A DNA stretch of 64,000 nucleotides, taken from the NCBI RefSeq assembly GCF_006345805.1, contig NC_043005.1, positions 96,596,001 to 96,660,000 on the forward strand, given 5' to 3'. Under the pieces are notes generated by a model, which saw only the letters and a list, made by a program, of their open reading frames with translations, was not told the DNA's origin and searched no databases. Source of the stretch: Octopus sinensis (Eukaryota). Shown one piece after another: positions 36,056-50,307 of the stretch. The position numbers were made by a program, and so were the translations under genes. Position 1 is the stretch's first letter. Each line of letters begins with the position of its first letter.

Positions 36056-37340
36056 TGTATGTATGTATGTATGTATGTATGTATGTATGTATGTATGTAT
36101 GTATGTATTTATGTATTTATGTATGTATTTATGTATGTATGTATGTATGTATGTATTTATGTATGTATGTATGTATGTATGTATGCATGTATGTATTTAT
36201 GTATGTATGTATGTATGTATGTATTTATGTATGTATGCATGTATGTATGTATGTATGTATGTATTTATGTATGTATGTATGTATTATGTATGTGTATGTA
36301 TGTATGTATGTATTTATGTATTTATGTATGTTATGTATGTATGTATGTATGTATGTTTTTTATGTATGTATGTATGTATGTATGTTTATGTAGTATGTAT
36401 GTATGTATGTATTATGTATGTATGTATGTATGTATGTATGTATGTATGTATGTATGTATGTATGTAGTATCTTATGTATGTATGTGTATGTATGTATGTA
36501 TGTATGTATGTAGTGTATGTATGTATGTTGTATGTATGTATTAGTATGTATGTATGTATGTATGTATGTATGTATGTATGTATGTATGTATTTATGTATT
36601 TATGTATGTATGTATTTTGTATGTATGTATGTATGTATGTATTTATGTATTATGTATGTATGTATTTATGTATGTATGTATGTATGTATGTATGTATGTA
36701 TGTATTTATGTTGTATGTATGTATTTATGTATTTATGTATGTATTTATGTATGTAGTATGTATGTATGTATTATGTATGTATGTATGTATGTATGTAGTA
36801 TGTATGTATTTATGTATTTATGTATGTATGTATTTATGTATGTATGTATGTATGTATGTATGATGTATGTATGTATGTATGTATTTATGTATGTATGTAT
36901 GTATTTATGTATTTATGTATGTATGTATGTATGTATGTATGTATGTATGTATGTATGTATGTATTTATGTATTTATGTATGTATGTATTTATGTATGTAT
37001 GTATGTATGTATGTATGTATTTATGTATTTATGTATGTATGTATGTATGTATGTATGTATGTATTATGTATGTATGTATGTATGTATGTATGTATGTATG
37101 TATGTATGTATGTATGTATATATGTATTTATGTATTTATGTATGTATTTATGTATGTATGTATGTATGTATTTATGTATTTATGTATGTATTTATGTATG
37201 TATGTATGTATTTATGTATGTATGTATGTATGTATGTATGTATGTATGTATTTATGTATGTATGTATGTATTTATGTATTTATGTATGTATGTATTTATG
37301 TATGTATGTACGTACGTACGTACGTACGTACGTATGTATG
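36020..37340. repeat. ~1.3-kb (ATGT)n array with interspersed ATTT and other variants
   Basis: Direct reading. Source of the MYVC-repeat ORFs. Confidence 0.97.
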
Positions 37341-37407
37341 TATGTATGTATGTATGTATATATGTATGTATGTATATACGTATATATACATATCCATACA
37401 TACATGC

Positions 37408-37438
<31 letters not shown>

Positions 37439-37530
37439 TACATGTATATATATATACATATACATATATGTAAGTATGTATATATGTATGTATATATATG
37501 TATACATATATATATATATACACGCACACA

Positions 37531-37563
<33 letters not shown>

Positions 37564-37644
37564 GTCCCGGGTTGAGTCGGGGTTAACCACAGTAAATAAG
37601 GTACTCAATACATAGCAGAGTAAATTAATTTATTTTATAGAAGG

Positions 37645-37695
37645 AGCTTCTACAGGACTAGAACTGTTTCATTCAAATGAAATCATCAGGAAGCT
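37645..37695 (-). ncRNA. Type I hammerhead ribozyme motif, minus-strand half of the palindrome
   Basis: AGCTTC-CTGATGA-T TTC attt GAA T-GAAA-CAG ttctagtc CTG-TA-GAAGCT. Predicted cut after 37651. Confidence 0.8.
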
Positions 37696-37742
37696 TCCTG
37701 ATGATTTCATTTGAATGAAACAGTTGTAGCCCTGTAGAAGCT
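37692..37742 (+). ncRNA. Type I hammerhead ribozyme motif, plus-strand half of the palindrome
   Basis: AGCTTC-CTGATGA-T TTC attt GAA T-GAAA-CAG ttgtagcc CTG-TA-GAAGCT: 6-bp stem I, canonical core, 4-bp stem III, GUA site. Predicted cut after 37736. Confidence 0.8.
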
Positions 37743-37777
37743 CCTTCTATTATAATATATATATTATATAATATAAT

Positions 37778-37874
<97 letters not shown>

Positions 37875-38062
37875 TATATGCATGTATGTATGGATTGTAT
37901 ATATACGTATATACATACATACATACGTACGTACATATCATATGTGTGTGTGTGTGCGTGTGTTCGAAAACCGCATATATATATATATACATATGCATAC
38001 ATATCCATCCATCCATCCATACATACATATATATATATGCGTGTGTGTATGCATTTGTATTT

Positions 38063-38265
38063 ATATTCTTTTACTTGTTTCAGTGTCACTTGACAGCGCC
38101 CATGCTGAAGCAGCGCCTTTAGTCGAGCTAATCTTCTCCAGGACTTATTCTTTGCAAGCCTAGTACTTATCCTAGGTGATTCTTTCACCGAGCAGCTAAG
38201 TTTCGGGGACATAAACACGCCAACATCGGTTGTTAAGCGATGGTAGGGGAACAAACACAGACACA
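38063..38265 (-). mobile_element. SINE family A, 3' half
   Basis: CTTGTTTCAGTG..CCATGCTGAAGCAGCGCCTTTAGTCGAGC..CTAAGTTTCGGGGAC. Confidence 0.85.
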
Positions 38266-38628
38266 CAAGCACACACACATGCAAGCACACACACACACGC
38301 ACACACACATACAAGCACTCACATACACATACACACAAAAATTGCTCATGTACTTAGCATGCAGTAGTTAACACGTACCCACATCTAAAGAGCAGAAGGG
38401 TACATGAAGTGATGCGGAGTTACCTCCCTTGCAATATTTTACGATTAATTTATTTTAACACACAAATGTAAGGCATACAATATTCCTATATAACTTGTAA
38501 TACAAATGTATGGAAATCTTGAATATTTCAAATCGTTTTATGTTGGTCAATTCATCATATGTATCGTAATGATATGCTTCTGGTAGTTGATAAATGATTT
38601 AGATGTATTTCTCCCTTTTCTTATTTTG

Positions 38629-38670
<42 letters not shown>

Positions 38671-38984
38671 GATATATATGTATGTATGTATGTATGCATA
38701 TATGTGTGTGTGTGTATATATACATATATATATAGTCAATAATAAAAGGGTAAAATTAATTAATTATTAATTAATAATTTGACCAAGTAGTGTTCAGTAT
38801 GTAAAAAGACCATTTACGGTATATTTAAAACATTACGTTATATATAATATATATATATTTTTTGGCTGCTATTTCTAAAAGTTCGGTGTGCGGTAAAGTA
38901 AATTATTTTACTGAAGCCTAATTATATAAATTAATGTTTATATATATATATATATATATACAAATATGTACGTTTATGCATATA

Positions 38985-40090
38985 TCTCATTATCATCGTT
39001 TAACGCCCACTTTCCATGCCAGCATGGGTTGGACGGTTCGACCTGGTTGTGGGAAGCCAGGAGGCTGCACCAGGCTCCAGTCTGATCTGGCAGTGTTTCT
39101 ACAGCTGGATGCCCTTCCTAATGCCAATCACTCCGGGAGTGTAGTGGGTGCTGTTTACGCACCACCGGCACAGGGGCCAGAGGAGGCTGGCATCGGCCAC
39201 GTTCAGATGGTGCTTTTTACGTGCCACCGGCACTTTTATCACAACTACAATTTCCATTTGATTTTTATTTTAATGTTGATGTTCTTGACTGAATAGGTTT
39301 CCTCAAGCACAGCAGGTCGCCCAATGATTCAAGGTAAGCACTGTAGGCCGTCCTGCAAGCCATGAATTCACTTCAATTGTCGGGTCTTCGCAGTCACAGC
39401 ATATCTCCAAAGGTCTCGGTCTTTAATCATTGCCTTTGTGAGGCCCAACGTTCGAAGGTTATGCTTGACCACCTCATCCCATGTCTTCCTGGGTCTAACT
39501 CTATCCCGGATTCCTTTAACTGTTTGGGAGTGGCACTCCTTCACACGTGTTTCCTCATCCATTCGTAGTACATGACCATACCAACGCAAACGTCTCTGCT
39601 GCACGCCACATCCGATTTTCTTCTTATGTCTGACATTTCTCTCAGGGCGGTTCCGCTTTGTCGTGCATGGACATTACACATCCAGCGGATCATGTAATGT
39701 CGTGCATGGACATTACACATCCAGCGGATCATGTAATGTCGTGCATGACATTACACATCCAGCGGATCATGTAATGTCGTGCATGACATTACACATCCAG
39801 CGGATCATGTAATGTCGTGCATGACATTACACATCCAGCGGATCATGTAATGTCGTGCATGACATTACACATCCAGCGGATCATGTAATGTCGTGCATGA
39901 CATTACACATCCAGCGGATCATGCTAGCTTCATTCCTTTCGAGCCTACGCATGTCCTCTACAGTCACAACCCATATTTCACTGCCGTGAAGCATGGCAGT
40001 TCGCACACATGCGCCGTACAATCTACCCTTCATTCTGAGTGAGAGACCCTTTGTCGCCAGTAGGGAAAGAAGCTTTCTAAACTTTGTCCA
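38985..40090 (-). mobile_element. RTE-clade LINE 3' fragment with 3' UTR
   Basis: Minus strand KGRLYGACVRTAMLHGSEIW..RRLERNEASMIRWMCNV and QQRRLRWYGHVLRMDEE..RPRKTWDEVVK..DRDLWR. The UTR has GGAAGGGCATCCAGCTGTAGAAAC and a GAT-like tail. Confidence 0.92.
39660..39922. repeat. 38-bp hairpin minisatellite, 7 cores, inside the RTE
   Basis: CATTACACATCCAGCGGATC at 39672, 39711, 39749, 39787, 39825, 39863, 39901. Confidence 0.95.
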
Positions 40091-40354
40091 TATAAATATT
40101 GTATTAAAATATGCCACAACCGAAAAAATTGCATTAAAATATATCCCTTTCTCTATATGTTATGAGGAAATAAGTCACTCTCTCTCTTTCTCCCCCTCCC
40201 TCACTATCATACACAAAAAAGATACATGTGTATGTATTTATGGGAGAATGTAAAGACTACTCACATCCGGTGTTTAGGATGAGGGTTACGCCGATAACAG
40301 GTGGTGTGCGTATTCTTTACCTCTACCTACAAAGATAATGTGTGTGTGTGTGTG

Positions 40355-40403
<49 letters not shown>

Positions 40404-41169
40404 TAAGTGCCACTTACACTTACATGTAAAAAAATTCATACATTACAACACACACCTTCATTCACTCACTCACTCTCCCTTCTCTCACACGTTCAATTCA
40501 TATACACGTACATATATCTTTCATTTCTGCTCTCACTTCAAAGGCAAATGTCACCTTTTTACTTTCTCCTCTCTTTCAATTTCTGCTCTCTTCAAAGCAT
40601 AACGAAATTTTTAAATGTTTACGGAAATTAACGAACAACCATATGATCCTAGATGATCGAGTTGACAACTTTGCTTCATCAAACGAAAGTATGCCATAAA
40701 TAGCCTCCTTTCACACACACATAAATACAATTTAGGTAAACGTCTGTGCGAATTATGTTATTTCTTGTTGTGTGCACGCGCATATTTACAGCTCAAATCC
40801 AATTAAAACGATCCTTTTCTATTGTGTACTTTTTATTTGTGATGAGCGTATTAAAAAACCTGATCTTCTATATAAACTTAAAAGGAAGTTTTCCCAGAAA
40901 TCCTGTCCTTTACCTCTTCTTTCCAGCATGTCCGAGGTGACATTTCCGTCCCCATTTATGTTTTTCCTTAATTACTTCCGATACCTATGTTTACGATATA
41001 GGAGGGTAGGATTTCACACAGAAAACACATTCTCATTATTTTAAGTTTCTCCCTCTCCAGACCAAATTCATTTTTTTTTCTTGGTAATCAATGGATAGAA
41101 GACAGAGAGTACGAATCTTTAGGAATTTTACCCATCACCTCACCACTTTCAAAAAGTTACAGACTCCCA

Positions 41170-41269
41170 NNNNNNNNNNNNNNNNNNNNNNNNNNNNNNN
41201 NNNNNNNNNNNNNNNNNNNNNNNNNNNNNNNNNNNNNNNNNNNNNNNNNNNNNNNNNNNNNNNNNNNNN
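41170..41269. other. Assembly gap (100 N)
   Basis: Run of N. Confidence 1.
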
Positions 41270-41367
41270 CGTTTACACTTATGTCACCAACCAACCCCAT
41301 TAGCAGGACCGCCAATTACCAATCCCCAACGCTTATGCATATATGTATATATATAAACAGAGAGAGA

Positions 41368-41437
<70 letters not shown>

Positions 41438-42304
41438 CATATATTTACGCAAACACACACATACATAGGTGTAAGCGTTATACGTTACGAATTCATTTTT
41501 TTCTCAAAATTTCCCTAATATTTTTCTATAGTCCACTAGTTTTTTAAAACAAAGTTCTTTCTTCTACATTAGCGTGTACAAAAATAATTGGTGCTTATTT
41601 AGTAGTTGTATTTGTCTAGCAAGTGAATATTATCTGTGAAACTGAAGTAATTACATTGCAGAAGAACCCTTTTAATCATTTAAAAATACTCATCAATATT
41701 AATAAAGCCATTCCAAATTTATTTCTTAAGTGAAAATTCAAGAAATAAATGAAAACGAATTTAATAGTTTTCGCACAACCGCAACCTGTTCACTGGCACG
41801 TATCTGCTGCAACTGTTTGAAATTTAGTTACTGGTCAATCCTTATAGGCCTTATTGCTATTTTTTCTTTTTTATTTCATCTTACTTGTTGAACCTACGAG
41901 CATATAGATCAGCAATATTCATATTGACTAGCTTTAAACCCTTAATATCCGCCATCTATCGGTTGATTGAAAAAAAATGAAGCATGGAAGTTGCAGCAGA
42001 AAGCCGTAATTGTGTTGCGAAATTTTGAACATCTGGAGACCGAAATAGAAACTGTATAGAACACCATTTGTGTGTTCCAAATAGCTAAAATGGCTTTTCC
42101 ACTATGAGATGCAATCTATTTCTTCGCAGGAAACGTCGCTTAATGCTTACTTTCTCGACGCTTTATTCAATTTCCTCCTATCTGTTTCGAACCATAATTC
42201 TTCGTATCTCTCCCTAAAAGACAATTATATGCTTTTAATCTGAATGTATTTGAATTTAACTATTTTCAAATACATTAAGCTCTTACACTCGTATACACTA
42301 CAGT

Positions 42305-42342
<38 letters not shown>

Positions 42343-42596
42343 GCGCATACATACACGTTCATATATATATATATATATATGTGTATGTATATGTACGTAT
42401 ATATATTTATGTACATGTATCTTTCCCCTCTCTCTCTCCCTATATATATATATATTCATATATATATATATATATATATATCTTAAAAATGGGGAAGGCC
42501 GGTTATGGGATTATCTTGGGTTTCCAGTCCATTATGGCGTATCGTCAGATCCCAAAAACCTGTTGGCTCATGACCTCTTAAAAATATATACATATA

Positions 42597-42783
42597 TAAG
42601 AGGGGGTGCCGAAAAGTTCCTGGATTTGAAAAAAAGAAAATTCGGAAGGATCAGTTAATTATGATTATATTCAGTATATTTCTCTCTAAGATTCACACGC
42701 GGTGCTTCAGTTTTTCTAAACCCTGTAAAAGAACTCGGAAGGTTGAACCTCCAAAAACTAGGAACTTTTCAGCACCTCTCGTA
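42597..42783. mobile_element. Mariner-type MITE
   Basis: TIRs GAGGGGTGCCGAAAAGTTCCTGG and CTAGGAACTTTTCAGCACCTCTCGTA. Confidence 0.8.
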
Positions 42784-43452
42784 CATACATACATACATAC
42801 ATACATAAATACACACACACACACACACACACAGGGAGAGAACAGAAAATGGAGAGATGTTGATGAACAACAATTGGCTTACATCAATTATTATTTATTA
42901 ATTCAATACAAACAGAATGCATACTATCTAACAGCTGTTTCTGCTCCCAATGCTGTATGATATTTCCATTGATATGTTAAAAATATTTACCATATTTGGT
43001 AACCGATCTGAAATATGGAACTTCATCAGAGTGAAGAATAAATAAAAAAGAAGAGCTTAGAGAAGACAGAGGAAAAGTTAAACATGGTTGTAATCATACC
43101 ATTTTGCCTGTGTATCTCTTTGGGACGTTAAGTGACTAAACTTAAAATAGTATTTGATGGGTTAATATTTTGTACGGGGGCAGGGATGGGATGGATAAAT
43201 AAAAAAAAAATTGAAATGATAATTAAAAATTGATGGAAGTCAATTGTTGTTCATCAATATTTCTCCATTTTCTGTTTTTCTCTAAATTTTGATTCTTGGT
43301 AAACTCATGTTTATCTTTGTCTTTACCTATAATTTATGAGCATAATATGTTTGTATATGCATGCCCATGGTTAAACATTGGTAATATACCGGTAGTAATT
43401 TGGATACTTCTATCCCTTAGACGGTTATTTTACCCTGTAACTCATGTAACCT

Positions 43453-43491
<39 letters not shown>

Positions 43492-43600
43492 TTATATAAA
43501 TAAGGATAAGATCGATATTAAAATACCGATCTTATCAGGTGGCCAGCATGGAAATAAAAATCTTCCAAAGGTATAATTTTAATAATTATATATATATATA

Positions 43601-43643
<43 letters not shown>

Positions 43644-43746
43644 CTAATGTGTCCATCTGTTCTAATTTAATTAAATTGTGCAGCTGAAAATTGCACAAAG
43701 CGGTCTAGCATATAGAAAAATCTGAAGATTCACAAAAATATATACA

Positions 43747-44067
<321 letters not shown>

Positions 44068-44830
44068 GTATATGAACAAACATGTATAATAATATATGGC
44101 ATTAGATGCTAGTTCTGTTTCTAGGTACTATCCAATAAGCTATTATCTATATTAAAAAACTAAAGGAGTTTAGCGTCGCAAATACTTAAAAATACTAAAA
44201 ATATATTTTGCATTTTGCAACACGCAATAATAGTGAATAAGTCATCGTGACTTTTTAAAGCAAATCGAAAAAATATTTAAGTTTGTATGTATATATGTAC
44301 ATATTATGCATGCATGTATATATAAACATCAGTTTATTTTGATATATTAAATCCAGATACTAAAAGCCTATTCAACTTTGAATGGAAGGCAAGAAAGAAA
44401 TTCGTGTTGATGTAGATTTAGTAAATTTATAAATATAAAAACAGCAAAATATAAATACATTGGGTAAATCATAAATAGATGTTTTTTCTTCAAGCTGAAA
44501 GGGAAATGTTATAATGCAAACAAACCAAGATATCTTAAAATGTCTTATCTTTTGTATATCATAAATATTTGAAAATAGATAACGCTCTTGTTTCAAATTA
44601 TACTAGAGGAGAATAAATCGGAAGTTAATTACAGGGAATTAATATAATATAATATGTGTGTGTGTGTGTGTGTGTGCTGTTTCTGTGTTGGTTATGTGTG
44701 TGTATGTGTGCGTAAGATAACCACGTTATGTTGCTACAAACATTTGTTTATATATATACAACCTCGCAAGTACATTTATGTATCTATATACTTCTATATA
44801 TTATAGATATATTATAATTATATATATATG

Positions 44831-44872
<42 letters not shown>

Positions 44873-44984
44873 TGTGTGTGTGTGTGTGCACCTATGTATG
44901 CAGTGGACTATTGCGATGCTTTGAATATATTGAGTGAATATGAACACTGACCTTTGAATTTGTTCTCTCTCTTGGCACTCTCTA

Positions 44985-45058
<74 letters not shown>

Positions 45059-45749
45059 GTTGTGTGTGTGTTGTGTTTGTATGTGTCTGTGTGTCTGTTG
45101 CACACACATTTATCTAGTTATTTTTACATTTGTGAGTGCATACACTTGTTCTGAGGTCATTATTATCTTTATAGAATTGCTTTGGCTTTTCTTATTTGCC
45201 ATAATAATCTATTCAGTCTTCTCTTGATAGAGTATGATAATTTCAAATGTATGTAATCCGATTTCGCATTTTCCCAAACGTCCAAATATTGTTTGTCTTA
45301 TGATCTATAAAAAAGAAATGAATATTCACCTACAACTGTGCCGTGCTTACTTAATTAGTCATTTTGTAATGAAATATTTTAGATTAGCCATTAGTGTACT
45401 GAAGTTGCTACTGTATTCCGTCCCCGAATGCAGGAGTGGATGCCACATCAAGGGGCGAAATAGTTTTTTATGTGTTTCGGCCTCTTCAATTACGACACCA
45501 GAGCTACCCGGAGTCACTCACTGATGTAAGTGACAAAACTGCAGCACAATATAGCAATACTAATAACTAGCTGCTAGAATTTAATATACTTATGCTTTAG
45601 AATAAAGAGTTTCGGTGAACATAGAGTGTAATATTAAATAACGAATGACAAGGGGACAGATATCACCTAATTGCCCTCATTAGCGTACCGCTGTGCCTAG
45701 TATATGAAGCAGGGCATTCAAGTTTAGTGCTTGTACAACATCATATCGC

Positions 45750-45792
<43 letters not shown>

Positions 45793-45855
45793 TACACACA
45801 CATAAACTCACACGCTCACACACGTGTGTGTGTATGTGTATGAAAATTCAAATGC

Positions 45856-46079
45856 TTACTCTTTTACTCTTTTACTTGTTTCAGTCATTTGACTGTGGCC
45901 ATGCTGAAGCACCGCCTTTAGTCGAGCAAATCGACCCCAGGACTTATTCTTTGTAAGCCTAGTACTTATTCTATCGGTCTCTTTTGCCGAACCGCTAAGT
46001 TACGGAGCCGTAAACACACCAGCATTGGTTGTCAATCGATGTTGGGGGGACAAACACAGGCACACAAACATATACACAC

Positions 46080-46120
<41 letters not shown>

Positions 46121-46293
46121 TACATATATACGACGGGCTTCTTTAAATTTCCATCTACCAAATTCACTCACAAAGCTTGGGTCGGCCCGAAGCTAGAGTA
46201 GAAGACACTTGCCCAAGGTGCCACGCAGTAGGACTAAACCCGGAACTATGTGGTTCGTAAGCAAGCTACTTACCACACAGCCACTCCTACGCC
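45856..46293 (-). mobile_element. SINE family A, full length
   Basis: Close reverse complement of 4110-4528. Confidence 0.92.
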
Positions 46294-46695
46294 TACGTGT
46301 GTGCCATTACCTTAAAAACGTATTGAACTCAAGTTAATACAATCCTGTTTTCGTTTCAATTTTCAATTACTCAAAAATTACCAAAAGGAGACTAACCATT
46401 CATTATCTTCAATACCGACGAGCAATAAGTAACTCAACCCTTTCCACATATATACCCCACCGCTTTATATGAAACACCCATCTCTCGATATACGTGTATA
46501 TAACATCAATTTTATTCAATGTTTTCTTTTAAACATTCTAACTTTTGTTGTTTTTGTTAGTGTTGATTCTGACCAGAAGAAATTTCACATCGGCGTTCAA
46601 TATTTTTAGCTAAGTAATCCATTATTCTGTTCCAGCTTAGTCTCTTCGTTTAAGAAGAAAAAATAAAACAATTTGTCCTCAAAGAACAATCACTT

Positions 46696-46771
<76 letters not shown>

Positions 46772-48089
46772 TAATATACATGCGCATGCTCAGGATACGA
46801 TCATAGATTAAACGCATAATAACTTATGGCAACAAAGTTTCCTGCCAAGGTTATTTTCAAGATAAATAAATTAAAATATGTCTGCCGAGCGAAACAGTCT
46901 AAAAAGTTTTTTATTTTTTTATTTTTCACAAGTAAGCTACACGTAACAAGAAACCTCAATGTAAATATCAATTCATTAAATGTTCCTGAAGATTGTAACA
47001 TGAAGACCTGCAGGATTTTTATTGAAAAGAAAAACAAAAACGAAAAAGAAAAACAAAAAGACCCAAGACGTGCATTTCTCGAATGTTACCAAACATTTAA
47101 TAACAATTCCATAACAATATCAGGGTTGCTATACCAGAGCGGCTGCGGCGGCAGCGGTATTCATGGGAGGTGGTGGTGATGGTGGTGGTGGTTTGGTGAC
47201 TGTCTGGCGCTGGAGGAAACGAAGGTGGGTTGCGGCGGCAGCCATATTGTTATTGCAGAGACATCGTATTTCATGACTTCTTAGTTTTTGTTTTGTTTGC
47301 TTTTGTTTTGGTTTTCTAAAAATGTTTTCTTATTCCTTTGTTGCTCTAGTTGTTGTTGCTGTTGTTGTCAGTGTTGATGATGATGATGATGATGAATAGA
47401 AAGATTAGTCTCATTGGTTGGTCTCTTAGGATTCATAACCATAGCAGTCACTTCAAGCATCTGTGTGTGTGTGGTGTGTGTGTGTGTGTGTGTATTTCTA
47501 TGCAAGCATGCATATTGTCTTACACTCATACGCGGACACACATACATACAGTCACACGCACATACTCATACATATATACGTACGCATACATACATCTAGA
47601 TCCCTACGTATATTCAAGCCAACGAAAGAAGCTTTGACGCCCTCTTTCTATCTTTTTCTCTCTGCTTCCTAAAAATAGCAGCTAAGTCGCACTCTGCTGT
47701 TTGTATATACTATAAGAGGGAATAAAAGAAAAACTTTTCTATCGCATACATGTAGTATGCATATATATATATATTATATATATATATATATATAATATAT
47801 ATATATATTTATATATATGTGTGTGTGTGTATGTATTTATGTATGTATAGACCCCTGTGTTTGTGTGTGGGCATAAATATATATGTATATATGGTTACCT
47901 GGTCGAAACTTTGAAATCACAGTCAAAACTACTCATGTTAAAAAATAATAAATTCATACTCTACTAAACGTATTGAGTACTCCTTCAATTTAATATAAAA
48001 TCTAATGTAAAATTGTTCTCATTATAACATCAAACAAACGTTTGTATATACACGCACATACATGCACACACATACACACATACATATTA

Positions 48090-48316
48090 GGCGCGGTCGA
48101 GGCTGTGCGATAAGAAAGAAGTTTGCTTCCCAGCCACATGGTTCCGGGTTCAGACCCTGTGTGGCACCTTGGACAAGTGTCTCCTACTATAGTCTCGGAC
48201 CGACCAAAACCTTGTGAGTGTATTTGGTAGATGGAAGCTGAAAGAAGCCCGTCGTATATATATATATATGTATATATATATATACAATATATATATATAT
48301 ATAATATATATAATAT

Positions 48317-48348
<32 letters not shown>

Positions 48349-48630
48349 ATATATATACATACATACATGCATATATACATATATATATACATATATACAT
48401 ACATATGTGTGTGTCTTTGTATCTGTTTTTGTTCCACCACCACCACCACTTGACAACTGTTGTTGGTGTGTTTATGTCCCCGTAAATTAGCGTTTCAGCC
48501 TAAGAGACCGATAGAATAAGTACTAGGCTTAGAAATAAAAGTATGTCCTGGGTGTCGATTTGTTCGACTAAAACTTTTGAAGGCGGTGCTCCAGCATGGC
48601 TAGAGTCAAAGTAAAAGCAAAACGATAAAA
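48090..48630 (+). mobile_element. SINE family A, full length with expanded internal TA tract
   Basis: CCACATGGTTCCGGGTTCAG..CCTTGGACAAGTGTC..GGCGGTGCTCCAGCATGGC. Confidence 0.9.
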
Positions 48631-49429
48631 TAAAAGGATATGTCTATGCATTTACGCACACATACACATACACATATACACACATTCACACATACATGTA
48701 GTCCATTTTCTCTCCCCATCTTTTCCTTATCTCTCTATCTTATCTCTTTCTTTGTCTTTCTGTATATATATTATAGCTGCACAAAGCAGTAAGAATCAAA
48801 ATATCGATGTGTACATTCTTTTTGACAGTTACTCTATACATTAGTTGTGACATTTTATCTAAGAGAAAATTACCCTTTATAGACTTTGTATGTAAAAATA
48901 CATTGAACTGAATTCCAATTGATGTCACCTGACAACGAAGCAAAGTGTTTCGACATGACGTCGATCCCGCAGTGGTAGATACCGTCGCGCTCATTTGTTG
49001 ACACGCCAAAATCTTTGTCCGATACACAGGAAAAAAAAAATGTATTTTCAAATCTATAAAAATATATATTTACAAATCAAGATTTAATTGAGTTTAAGCA
49101 CACACATCAATGGGAATTAAAACATATTTGTGTACATCTTTGTAGTATACATTCCTTAACACTTGAACATGAAAGGAATTCCAAATTAGCATGTCTCAAC
49201 ATAAAACCAGCAAACGTTTGCTATTTATTTAAATGGATAGAAGTACCAGCCTGGATCCAAATGTCCGAGGTGCTATTTATCACTGAGGGGATGAAATCAT
49301 ACCAAAACACTGAATCTGTTACTCTGCTCGGTGTGTTTTTATGAAACAATATCTATTGAGGAAATATCTTCTACGAAACACACACACACACACTCGTATA
49401 TGTACATGCATGCGCGTACATATATACAT

Positions 49430-49466
<37 letters not shown>

Positions 49467-49668
49467 TATATGTATAATTTAAGACAATCAGTAAGCTGTA
49501 AAAATAGTACTCGGAGTTTCAAATGCCGGAGTTAAGAGCTACGATGCATTCTCGTCGGCTATTGAAACTCTGAGTACTATTATGACAGCTTACTGATTAT
49601 CCTAAACTATACATATATAAATAATCCTCCGTTTACCTAATATCGAGGTCTCATTCTTTTGTTGTCAC

Positions 49669-49731
<63 letters not shown>

Positions 49732-49746
49732 GTATGTATGTATGTA

Positions 49747-49792
<46 letters not shown>

Positions 49793-50174
49793 GCACACAC
49801 ACACACACGAATGCACGAACGTATTTTAATTTCTAATACTTATTTATCTACGAGAACTGGAATCACTCGTGTTTAGAAACGAGAACTCTCTGTGGATAAA
49901 CAATAAAGCAAGTCTTCACATAATACAGTTATTTAACCATTGTTTATCGGTGATGCACAAGTTTTTCGTTACAAATTCGTTTCCTTTTTCTTTAATAACT
50001 TATTCGCATATTCATCTCTCAGTGCCACTTTATTGAAGTCATTTATAGCGCATATTTATATATATATATATATATTTATAAATGTGGGTGAAAAATTTGA
50101 TATTAATTTAATAATACCATCAATTTAACACCAAGTGGCTTAGCACATAAAAAACAGGGATACAATACAAATTT

Positions 50175-50307
50175 ATACATAAATATGAGAGAGTAACCAC
50201 GTTAAATGTTGTTTTATTTCTCCTTGGAAACAATTTTTAGTGGCTATACCATAGTGGATCTATTTTTAGCACTAGAGTCGACCACATAGTGATTACTCTC
50301 TCATATT

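Noticed and set aside
39660-39922. CRISPR-like array of palindromic 38-bp repeats
   Set aside because: No unique spacers, no cas genes, eukaryotic context, and the unit derives from the surrounding RTE.
41170-41269. Structural inferences across the N run
   Set aside because: It is a placeholder gap of unknown true size.
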